From the NCBI GenBank assembly GCA_905178155.1, contig CAJINV010000010.1, positions 729,188 to 793,187 of the forward strand: a stretch of DNA of 64,000 nt. Reading direction: 5' to 3'. The notes beneath the pieces are model-generated. The model worked only from the letters and a program-made list of their open reading frames with translations, did not search any database and had not been told where the DNA came from. Positions within the stretch are counted from its first letter, which is position 1, and each line of letters starts with the position of its first letter. The position numbers and the translations under genes were made by a program. Shown piece by piece: positions 1 through 10,818 of this stretch. This stretch comes from Amoebophrya sp. A120 (taxonomy: Eukaryota; Protista; Dinoflagellata).

Positions 1-150
1 GAAGCTGGTGAAGCTGATGAATTCGTGAAATTTGGCAAATCCGGAAAAATGGCGAAGCTGGTGAAGCTGGTGAAGCTGATGAATTCGTGAAATTTGGCAA
101 ATCCGGAAAAATGGCGAAGCTGGTGAAGCTGGTGAAGTTGATGAATTTGC
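1..150. repeat. 62-bp tandem repeat with GAAGCTGGT sub-repeats (probably intronic)
   Basis: GAATTCGTGAAATTTGGCAAATCCGGAAAAATGGC recurs at 19 and 81; probably continues past window start. Confidence 0.85.
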
Positions 151-231
151 CCAATTTTGAAAATTCTGCAACGATGGCACGACCAGCCCAACATGACCAA
201 CCCCACTGGCCGGGTTGTTCTGTAAAAATAC

Positions 232-3200
232 TGACGATGCAGGTAGACGTGGACCAAGCGCATCTTCAAACTAACAAAACATAAAACAAGTTCATCGCCT
301 CTAAACATTCACGTTCACCACCCCACTTCACTTCTTCGCCCGCTTGGTTGCCGGGGGGCCCATCCGACTTGTCTGCGACATAACAGCAATGCCATGCAAA
401 TATCCCTGGATGCCCGGAAGAGTGGATTCTAAAAATATCTGCGTTGAAACATGGGCAGCAAGAGGACTCCAGCTCTTGGCACGCGGAGAGGGCATTTCTC
501 ATGCATGGTAAGCATCAAGAAGCTCTCGAAAAATCTGTGATGCTACGACCTGCATCACAGACCTCGCGGGTCATGCAAAATGTGCGTGACAAGCTTGCAC
601 TCTTCCAGACCCAGACATATTTGCATTTGATAACAGCACTGTTTGTACCACCTCCAGCCTTCGCTTTCGCTTTCCCCTTTGGCCGGCCCCTGCCGCGCGC
701 GGCCGTGCTAGAAGTACTGCTTTGTTCAAGATCTGCAAATATGAACTGCAAAAGCATCGCACTCGTATAAATGCATTACAAATTTTCTCAGCATGAGAAA
801 TAAAATTTGTAATGCGGATTTACCTTAAGAGAAAGATTTATAATACATGACTGCAATACGAGTAAGATACTTTTGCACAGCGTAGCACCGGCTGCAGCCG
901 ACGACGCCGTGGACTGTTGCTGCTCAAGAACTCCTATGCATTGCAAAAGTATCGTACTCGTATAAATGCATTACAAATTTCTTCAGCATGAGAAATAAAA
1001 TTTGTAATGCGGATTTACCTTAAGAAAAAAATTTGTAATGCATGATTGCGGTTACTACGGGTACGATACTTTTGCACAGGATAACTCCTGCCGCGCTCGA
1101 CAATTGTCCTCCTACCTCACTGTTCGGCGACGCGGAGGCGCTAGATGAGGAGGAAGAAAACGACTCCAGCATGTGCTGATTGAACCGCATTTTTTCCTCT
1201 GTCAACTCGCGTGGTTTATTTCTGCGCTTTATGAAATGCAAAAATGTCTGGGTCTGGAAACTTGTAATGCTAAAACGTGCATGATGAAAACACTTCCGAA
1301 TGCAGTCCGGCATGACAACTTCCCAAAACGCTTTCTCATAGGCAATCCGCATGAGAAGCTGCGTTTTTGCATGACAAAAGAGGCTGCGACTTTTGTTGGT
1401 TATGCAATACAGATTTTCTAGGTATGGACAGCTAGCATTACAAGTTCCAACCTTCCAGACCCAGACACTTTTACAATCCATACGCTTGTTGCTATTTCCA
1501 CCAACTGTGTTGTCGTCCTCATTCCCCGCGGTGTTGACCAACAGTCGAACTTCCGTACAGGGCCCAATTCTGTCCGCGTACTCGTTCACTGTCGCCACCG
1601 TGTTTTTCCTGCCACAGCTCGTCTCTGCAAATAATTTCTGTAGGAAGTGAATCTTTTCCGGGAAATGCAGCCGGCCCTGTAGCAGCGTGTCGCCCACACT
1701 GCCCAGGGATTCCACCTGTTTTTGTCCGCCTCGTCCTGGCGCGCTTGTACTATTTGTCTCCTCGTCGCCGCCTGTGGTAGAAGTCGCTGGGGCGTTCATC
1801 ATCGAACTACTCACGCCAGAATACAAAACCCCTTGCATCCTAAGGAAAAACGTCCCCGCGCCAGCGGTGGTTGTCTTGCAGCTTTGCAAATACCGGAAAA
1901 ATGGTTGTATTTGTAATGCGCATCCCCATGAGAGGTGCTCTCCATCGTGTACTAGTTTTGGCACTTTATATATGCATCATGCTGGAATAAACAGGATAAT
2001 AAAGAGAAGGACTCGTGATGCGGGTGCCTTTGCTATTGCTATTAGGCTGCACTACAATACTGAGCGAAACTTGTCATGTGTGACTCCCAAAACTTCTGGA
2101 TTTGTGTTGCAGACTTCCAAGAACTTGATTCTGGGGTGTCGTGGGCAACGTTTTTCCGCAGGATACACTGAAAGGCGTAGATTTCCGAGCAGAAGACATT
2201 ACTGGAGGTATTATTAGTACTGGGACTACCACCACCGAATTCCGCCTTGGCGAGCGGCGATATCAAACTCCACTGGTGCGCTTTCGCGAAGGGTAGCGGG
2301 ACAGCCCCTTGGTCGCCTTGTAGGTGGTCCACCCCGCTCGCTGCTGTGCCCACACTACTACCGTCAGTGTCCTTTACCGTGCGCATGTGCAACACAAAGT
2401 CTTTGGCCCGACTGATCGCCGGCCGACTGGCGATGATCCAGCCACGGTACATGTTGCCCGAAGCCGGGTTTAACAGTTCGGCGTAAAAGAGAAACAGCGA
2501 ATTGTAGCGGCAGAAATAGATCGGGCGCTGCTGGGACGCGCCGGCAGAGGAAGCGGAGCTCCAGGTGTTAAATGGCGTCACTTCGTACACTCCGGATATG
2601 GTGGCTTTCGCTTTCCTATTTGTTGTTCCCTCGACGTCGCCGTCTACGGGATAATTGGGATTTACTTTATTGAAGCTGTTGTCATTATCCTCCACACTGC
2701 TCGCGGCGGATGCAAAACTTCTTGTTCCTCCTGTCGCCGAGGACGCGCTCCTACTACTTGCTGCTGCACTTAGCGCGCCCCCCGCGCCCGAAGATTTATT
2801 TTCGGCTCCAGCCACCACTTCCGGGAACATTCGGTACCCGACGTGCTGCTGCTCTTGTTCGGCAATAGTAGTTCCAGCACGGCTAGTTGCTGTAGATGTC
2901 GTAGTTCTTCCACTCGTAGTTGTACTACGACCCCCAGGACAGATCAAAATATCCAGAGTGTGATTTTTGTCGGCCGACGCGGTGTTGCCGAAGATCGCGC
3001 TGCTCGTGCCCGAACTCACGCTCTCCTCTCCGAACAACCGCTGCACGCTATGCATTGCAAACATGAATGGGTCTGGGAGGATGCTGCAAACTTGTGTTGC
3101 TGTCTTTGGATTCGGACAGAATCTGCATGGCATGACCAGCAACAGGAGTCCAGTTTGTGCTACGCGGAGAGGGCATTTCTCATGCAGGATAAGCATCACG

Positions 3201-5598
3201 AAGCTCTCGAAAAGTCAGTCTCAGTGGTGCGAGGTCATGCATTACAGCCATCATGTTCATGGGTCATGCCGAATGTGCATGACAATAAACCTTGCATCTT
3301 TCGTCCAGACCCAGACATCTTTGCATTTGATATACGCGCATGCGGCGCAACTCCGCGGGGGTCAGGTAGGAGGACCCGAACTTCTGCGAGAAAATCCTCT
3401 GCGCCAAACACTGCGCTTTAAAAAACTCGATTACGTCGGCGTACTGTCTCTCGGCATGGGAAAGCAAAAATCCACCTTCTGCTTGGTCCGGCGACAGCAA
3501 CGAGGACATCTGTCCTGCGACACGTTGCCCCGAAGTGGAAGTCGAACTTGTTGTTCTCATCAGTTCCGTACTACGAACTTTCACGTGCTGAGACGCGTAC
3601 GAGGCGGCGAAAAGCAGATCCGAATCGGGTGGTACATTGATGTCGCTGTTTAGTATTTTATTTCCCCCCGTCGCTTGTAGTTGTGGCACATCGCTCGTTC
3701 CGAGAAAAGCTGCAACCGCACCGCCTCCCGCCAACCCATCCTCTAACCTATCAGGTGCAAAAGTGTCTGGGTCTGGAAAGTTGGAACTTGTGATGCTCAC
3801 TTTGGACTCTAAAAAAATCTGTATTGCATGACCAGCAAGAGGAGTCACATTTGTGCTACGCGAGGAGGGCATTTGTCATGCAGAAATGGCATCAGGAAGC
3901 CTTCCAAAAATCTGTGATGCTGGGCCATTCATTACATTACAAGCATCATGGGTCATGCCAAACAAGCATGACAAGCCTTGCATTCTTCCAGACCCAGACA
4001 TATTTGCATTTGATATAACCCGGCCTGAGACAGGCACGTTTCGTTCTTTTCGCAGAGCAGCTATTGTGAGGAATAATCCCCCCTCCCCATACCAAACCGG
4101 GACACTTCTGAAAATTTGTGATGCAGATTTGAGACCACAAATCGTCGCTGTATTGCACCATGAAGGCAAGTCTACAGGCTCCGCCACATTCTACAGGCGG
4201 TTTGTCATGCTGTTGCTCCTACAGCGTAGACGTCTGCCATGCGAAGCGCCTAGGCCAAAACTTGTCTACTCAGGCCTGATATGGGCCTGCAGTCCTCGCC
4301 AGCAAGACAAATCTGATCTGTGACCTCAAATACAGCATCACAAATTTCGTTTTCGATATGGGGAGGGGGGATTTTTCCTTTCGATAGCAGCCGCGCGCTG
4401 TTTTGCACGACCAACTTCCCGCAGTCGAAAAGCCAGCCGGGGTAGTATCAAGTGTAAAAGTGTCTGGGTCTGGAAGGATGCAACTTGGGATGCTGCATTT
4501 GGATTCCAAAAAAATCTGTATTGCATGAGTACCAAAGGCAATGCAATTTTTGCTACGCTGAGAAGGCATTTGTCATGCGGAATACGCATTAAGAAGCCCG
4601 CAAAAAATCTGTATTGCTAGGGTATGCATCACAGACATCATGGCTCATGCAAAACGTGCACGACAAGTGTCAGAATCTTCCAGACCCAGACATTTTTACA
4701 GTTGATAGGTAGGCATTTGTGACTTCCGTGGGTTTTAGTGTGCCTAGCTGCTGCAGCTCCTCCCGAAAACTGCTCGACAAAGTGGCGTGTTGTGTTCCTG
4801 GTGCACCGCTTGTAACTGTTCCTAGCTCCGCTAAGAAGTCGGGAGCAGCTGTTGAAGAAGGATTTTGTGCGTCAAAATTCTGGTTGTCCTCAGAATAAGT
4901 TTTGTACATGACAAACACATCTTTCCCATACACCTCCCGGTGGGCGCAATTTTGGTACTTCTTTGGGAGAAAAGCCGAAGACGAGGAGGAGGATATTCCC
5001 CTCGTGGTCGTGGGGGGAACAAAAAGTTCTTCTTGCAGCCACCGGTCGGCGTCTTCCTTGTTCTGAAACAACTTCAATTCGCCCGCGAAGGCAGCGTGAC
5101 CGGAAATAGAGTTGTCGGCTTTGTGACCTTCGTACGCCACGCAAATGTCCAGCAGCCGGTCCCACCGTGTCGCCAGTCGGGCGGTTTGGTATTGTGAGGA
5201 AAAATCCCCCCTCCCCATACCAAAGCGGGATACTGTGACGCTGATTTGCGATTTGCGACCACAAATCGTCTCTGTCTTGCAAGAAGGCAAATCCAAAAAC
5301 CTGGCCGCGTTCCGCAGGCCGTTTGTAATGCTGTATGGCCTACGGAGGATATGCCTGTCTTGGTAGGCGCCTACACCAAAACGCCCCTACTCCCGATTTG
5401 TATCTGCCTGCAGTCCCCTACTGCAAGACAAAGCCGACTTGTGTACACAAATCCCGCATCACAGATTTCCATTTTGATACGGGGAGGGGGGATTTTTCCT
5501 TTTGATATTTGGTCCTCTTGGAGCACCGGGATTATCTGCTCCGCGAGGAGCTTCTGCCGAAAGCGGAGAATCTTGTCGGCGCGCGTCAAGTCGCTCAT
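232..5598 (-). CDS. Gene A: multi-exon hypothetical protein (3' end probably beyond window start), 10 introners
   Basis: Long open minus exons 2166-3048, 3333-3748, 4708-5189; likely start MSDLTRADKILRF at 5598; no recognisable domain. Confidence 0.6.
271..312 (-). other. Small canonical GT-AG intron (42 nt)
   Basis: Minus strand GTGAAT...TTTTGTTAG with T-rich tract. Confidence 0.55.
388..632. mobile_element. Introner family A (TIR core TGTCTGGGTCTGGAA)
   Basis: AAT..ATA; DR acagc. Confidence 0.85.
740..884. mobile_element. Introner family E (TIR core GTATCGTACTCGTA)
   Basis: TAT..GTA; DR gcaaa/gcacc. Confidence 0.8.
935..1083. mobile_element. Introner family E
   Basis: TAT..ATA; DR actcc. 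Confidence 0.9.
1230..1482. mobile_element. Introner family A
   Basis: DR cgctt. Confidence 0.9.
1836..2165. mobile_element. Introner family B (TIR core CGTCCCCACCCCAGAG), degenerate
   Basis: CAT..ATA; DR ccttg/cactg. Confidence 0.75.
3049..3332. mobile_element. Introner family A
   Basis: DR cacgc/tacgc. Confidence 0.9.
3749..4015. mobile_element. Introner family A
   Basis: DR taacc. Confidence 0.9.
4062..4386. mobile_element. Introner family C (TIR core TCCCCCCTCCCCATA)
   Basis: DR gcagc. Confidence 0.9.
4446..4707. mobile_element. Introner family A
   Basis: DR ggtag. Confidence 0.9.
5190..5507. mobile_element. Introner family C
   Basis: DR tttgg. Confidence 0.9.
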
Positions 5599-6424
5599 AA
5601 TTTCGAGAGGACTTCGTGTATGCTTATATGATGATGCTGTGTCGTCTTTGGTACAATTATATGGGAATAAAAATCCAAATCCTAAATCGAGAAAATAAGA
5701 GAAGAAGAAACAAGTATTTAAAGAGTGTAGTATCGCTTGAAGGTCGTGGATGAAAAGAGGTGACAAGCTGTAGAAGTAGTACAGGCGACAGTGGTGTAAA
5801 AATTATTTGCTGTCTAGCTTAAAAACTTAAGGTACTAGTTCTCAATAACCGTATCAAATCTTGAAAGTCCTGAAGGTACCACGTGGTCGAAGAAGTGTTG
5901 AGAGCCTACAAGATAAAATCGCAAGCCGAGAGCAACATCTGGGGAGAGAACGAGAAGCATCTTCACAGCATCGGATGGTGGTGGAAAATAAGTCTTGGAT
6001 AGTAGATCCAAACAAACCAGTCTTGCTGTTGCAGAATCACGACCTTTAGATCGTACAATCTGGCCACGAAAGCGATCTCGATCCTCTGGCTCTGTCTGTC
6101 GCAAATGCGCCTTTCTTGGTGGATATGCATATGCTAGTAAAACAACCAGCTTTATTTCACTGTAGTCAACTTGAGTCCAAGACGGTATAATAACAGAATT
6201 GACGAGCTGCAGCATTTTTGCGCCGATGAAAAATTCTCCACTTGCATCAAGGGATGAACAAGTAGAAATAAAACAGTATTGTGCCAATAAATGCAGCACC
6301 ACTGCCGGAGGAGGTTTTTTCCTCGACGTCTTCTACCCTGCGTGTTTTTGCCCCTTGATGGTAAAGCTTTGTCACAGCATGACCACGGTCCTCCTCCTCC
6401 GAGGATCAAGAAACGACAAAACTA

Positions 6425-9400
6425 TCACATCACCGCATTCTGAGCCTGTTTCCTCGCCAGGTCATACATGAAAAAAGGATGCGCCGGTGAATATCCTTTG
6501 TAAAAACGTCCCCACATCACCCCTGTCAAGTTGAGATCTCTACTGCAACACAGATCCAGGAGTTTTGGGAGCCACGCCTGACAAGTTCCAGCCCGTAGCG
6601 TAGCGCAGGTTCCTAAGGACCGCAGCATCGCAAATCCATCTGCTCATCCTATCTCCAGCATTCCAAATTCCAAAACACGATTGGAAATACCTACTTATAG
6701 TGGGGATGCGCATCACAAATGTTCCGCTCATGGCAGATCTGCATGGCAACTCTGAGGTGGGGAAGTTTTTACAAAGGATAGTGAATTCCTGGACGGCCGG
6801 GCGTAGAAGGCGAGCAGAAGAAACACGACCGCGAAATGGATTGCAAATAAGTATCCCTGGATGTCTGGAAGATTGAAGCTTATGATGCGAAATCTGAATC
6901 AGGCAACAAACTGTGTTGCATGACTGCCAAAGGTAACTTTTGGCAATCATGCCTCGCAAGTAGTTGGTCGAAAGTGGACAACGAGGATGCTTCTCTTCAT
7001 GCAAGATAGGCATAAGAAAGATCTCACAGAATCTGTCATGCTCTGTCCTACATACCAGACCTTATGGGTCATGGAACAAGACCTGCATGACAAGCCTAAG
7101 CATTCTTCCAGACCCGACATATTTGCATTTGATACGCGAAAAGGAGAAACCAAATCCAGAAGAAGAGCAGCGCGCCTGTCCGGAAATCGGTCTTGTCCTG
7201 AAACGGATCCTTGGACCAATTCAGCATGAATATTGCGTCCTTCCCAGCTGGCCACTGCGGCAGCGCGAACCTTGCCCGAGCCATGCGGATGGCGTTGAGG
7301 TACAGGAGCTTCTCCTCGTCTATCCCCTGCTCGGAGAAACTGTATGCATTGCAAATATGTCCGGGTCTGGAAGGGTGGAACTTGTCATGCTGTCTGCGGA
7401 ACCTAAAACTATCTGTGTTGCATGAGCAGCAAAAGGGGTCCAGTTCTTTGCACGCAGAGAAGGAATTTCTCATGCCTGATAAACATCAAGAGGCCCTCAA
7501 AAAATCTGTGATGCGAGGACCTGCATCACAGACCTCACGAGTCATGCAAAATGTGCATAGCAAGCCTGGCAATCTTCCGGACCCAGAGAGACATATTTGC
7601 ATTTGATAGACTGCTGTAGGTTGCCAAAATCCCCGTCTTCGTCGCGGCCAGCTCCTCCACGCTGCCGAAGACCTTCCCAAGCCCGGTGCTGCCGCAGGTG
7701 AATTCCCGGAGTTTTTCGTCGCAGCAGTTCAACCCGACCGCCCAAAAGGAGTAGGGCTTGTCATCCTCCACCCGCAGGGAATCGGACATCACGGGGGCGA
7801 CGCAGTAGGTACTGCCGTCCTTTTTCAAGCCGAGCGTCTATCCAAGAAAACAACTGTGTTAGTGTAACTTTCTTTGGCTGACAGCATCACAGACTTCCTC
7901 TACATGATAGAGAAAACCTGTCATGCGTGGCTTGTAAGGGAAAACACACATTGAAAAAAAACTTCATGGCTGTCTGGCATGACAGGCGTAACTGTCTTGC
8001 ATGTTCTGCATTACAGTAGAGTTACACTTACACAGTTTTTTTCTTGCATAGCGTCCGCGTGTAGTCGAGTCTGCTGTCAGTATGAAATGTAAAAATGTCT
8101 GGGTCTGGAACATTGCGAGATTTGTCTTGCAGATTTTCCATGACCCACGAGGTCTGGAATGCGGCGCCGAGCATGACAGAGTCTGTGAGGTCTCTGCCAT
8201 GCCTATCCCGCATGAGAAACTACCTCCCAACCTGGTCGAAAGTGGACAGCTTTTGGCACTCATGCAACACAGATTTTTCCATTATTCGGATTTAGCATGA
8301 CAAGTTTTAATCTTCCAGACCCAGACATTTTTGCAATGCATAGTCAGCGGAGAAACGCAATACCGCAGCGTCCTTGTACATAAGTGCTGCGTTGGTGGCG
8401 GCGACGCCGGTGTTATGGATGTGTCAGGTTCGATGAAATCGACAAAGTTGAAAAAATGATTTGTCACGCATAGAATGCAACACAGAGACTCCCTCTATTG
8501 CAGAGGACGCAAGGGAGGCAGATTATACAAGGGTCAAGAATTGGGTTGCTGACTAGCATGACAGGGAGGAGCCCTCTTGCCCTAAACAGCATGACAGACC
8601 TGCTTCAGGGGCCAGGAAAATTTGTCATGCGCCGAATGGAAACTGTGGGCGGTTTCTAACTGGTATAGATTTTACGCATTACAAATTATTTCAACTTTGT
8701 TAATTTCAATATTGACAGTTCCATAGGTGTGCAGGTGGCCATACTCCAGGTCGAAGAAATGGCGTTGGTACCTGTGTAGTTTGGTGTCGGTACTATTTGT
8801 AGTACAACATGCATCTTACGGCTTTTCCAGAAAATTACGAGAGTAAATCTTGTCCTGCTCGGAAGACGAAGATTTCATTGATTTATGCAATATGAAATGC
8901 ACAAAAGCGCCGAAGCCGATAAGCAAATTAACAACCCGTACCAATGATAGTTCGTTTCGCCAAGCCAGACCGCGAGCAACACTTTTTTATGCAGCGCAAA
9001 CAGAGATCAAGCATGGCAGAGAACAACTCTTGGAAGTTCTTTGAGATCGGGTTTCACTTTCAGTCCATTCACACCAGCTGCGAAAATGAATCAGCTCAGG
9101 CTTAGTAGAAACAATCAACTGCTGCTTGTGATCAAGATCATGCCTCCACTGCTTTGTCGTTCAGATTCAGCGCAAGACAAAATCTTATAATGTCTCATCT
9201 CAAAATCTTTTCAGCGCAAGCCAAAATCTTTTTGTCCCGAACATGATCTTCTCTCCCATGCCAAACCCAATGTTTGCCTTTGTCGTAAGCTCTATCAAAT
9301 GTAAAAATGTCTGGGTCTGGAAGAATGCAACCTGTCATGCTAAATCTGAAGCATGCAAAAATCTGTGTTGCATGCGTACCAAAAGCTGTCCAGTTTTGAC

Positions 9401-10429
9401 CAAGTCGGGAGGAAGTTTCTCATGCAGGATAGGCATGAGAGAGATCGCACAGAATATGTCATGCTAGGTCCTGCATTCCAGACCTCATGGGTCCTGGAAA
9501 AGCTGCATCACAAATCGCGCATTCTTCCAGATCCAGACCCAGACACTTTTTACATTTGATAAGCTCCGCTACACGCCAACAGGGGCATCCACCGCCATAC
9601 CGTTTGCCTCACTCGCACCTCCCCTATCAAATGTAAAAATGTCTGGGTCTGGGAGATTGCGAGATTTGTCATGCTTGTCTGGCATGACCAAAAAGTTTGT
9701 GATGCGTGTCCAAGAAGAGACCCTGTTACCTGTCATGCAAAAACGCAGGCTGTCATGCGAAAAACGCAACACAAAGAAGCGCAGATATTTCTCATGCTTG
9801 GCTGTGCATTACAGAGCATTCACTAGTTTCCAGCGCAGCATTACAAGTTTCCAGACCCAGACATATTTGCATTTGATATCCCCGCCGGGAAATCCATAGA
9901 GCGCGGCGAAGAACAGCCCAATTAGCGCGACTGTGAAGGTGTCAAACTTGTTGTTATCAAATGCAAATATGTCTGGGTCTGGGACGAGAATCTGAGACTT
10001 GTCACGCACGTTTTGCATGAGTCCTGATGTCTGTGAAGCATGCCCTGGCATCACACATTTTTTGAGGGCTTCTTGATGCCTAATCCGCATGACGAATGCC
10101 CTTTCCGCGTAGCAAAAATTGCATTCCCTTTGCTACTCATGCAATACAGATTTTCTTGGAGTCCAAAGGTAGCATCACAAGTTGCATTTCTCCAGACCCA
10201 GACATATTTGCAATGGATAGTTGTGGTAGGAAAACGACAACACGGAAAACACCACGGTGAAGAGCACAAAAGCAGTAGCCCACGCGGCGGACACGGCAAA
10301 CTTCTGGCCAATTTGCAGCCCCGGTTTCGGCCCGTCGGGGAACTGGCGGTCGAAATTGTTGAAACCTTGCTGCGCGGCTCCGGGCCCGGGGCGGAACCCC
10401 TGTTGTGTCCCGGTAGTTGTGCGACGCAT
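6425..10429 (-). CDS. Gene B: alveolate-type multi-pass membrane protein, 9 introners
   Basis: Spliced translation gives YQRHFFDLEYG..DAAVLRFSADSRLDYTRTLGLKKDGSTYCVAPV..FWAVGLNCC..LNWSKDP..TM..stop 6425, motifs I recall from apicomplexan/dinoflagellate conserved hypothetical membrane proteins; junctions in 8850-9290 unresolved. Confidence 0.7.
6492..6780. mobile_element. Introner family B
   Basis: DR gtgaa. Confidence 0.9.
6835..7134. mobile_element. Introner family A
   Basis: AAT..ATA; DR cgcga. Confidence 0.85.
7343..7608. mobile_element. Introner family A
   Basis: DR aactg/gactg. Confidence 0.9.
7839..8050. mobile_element. Introner family D (TIR core AAAAAA(C/G)TGT)
   Basis: DR gcgtc. 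Confidence 0.9.
8081..8342. mobile_element. Introner family A
   Basis: DR gtcag. Confidence 0.9.
8414..8725. mobile_element. Introner family F (TIR TATGGA..GTCAGGAT.GAA)
   Basis: DR ggtgt. Confidence 0.9.
8772..8819 (-). other. Canonical GT-AG intron (48 nt)
   Basis: Minus GTAAGA...ACAG; joining gives NFLEKPYQRHFF. Confidence 0.7.
9293..9561. mobile_element. Introner family A
   Basis: DR agctc. Confidence 0.9.
9625..9878. mobile_element. Introner family A
   Basis: DR tcccc. Confidence 0.9.
9955..10219. mobile_element. Introner family A
   Basis: DR gttgt. Confidence 0.9.
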
Positions 10430-10818
10430 AGTTTTTTAGCTTTTCATGCAGTGGCCTTACTTATTATTCGGGGATTTTATTGCAGTGAAGTACTTCTTAG
10501 GTTGAAAACCGGATAATTGAAAATAACAATAACCACGCACGAAAGTTTTAGAACGGACTACAGCGTGGGAAAAACTTGCTCCCTCGGCATCACTCTGCAG
10601 AAATTCTTTTGAATGCTGTTTCACTCCAGCAGAAGCCCAATGCACATCACATCTCGAGGAAGGAGCTCCTTAGGGAAACAATTAACAACATCAAGAAGAG
10701 AACAAGAAGAGAGCAGTTTGAAATAAATCTTGAGGCAGACAAAACGACCCTGTTCTTCTATCAGGCCAAATAAAACGAAGATCTGGCAACTGCACCATTG
10801 CCAAAACTCGCGCGTCGT

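Noticed and set aside
5835-6409. ORFs 5835-6302 and 6152-6409
   Set aside because: Downstream of the gene B stop, AT-richer, no motif, no introners; likely UTR or intergenic
9660-9850. TTTGTCATGCAAA resembles the metazoan Sox-Oct composite site
   Set aside because: POU/Sox regulation is not expected in an alveolate; treated as coincidence
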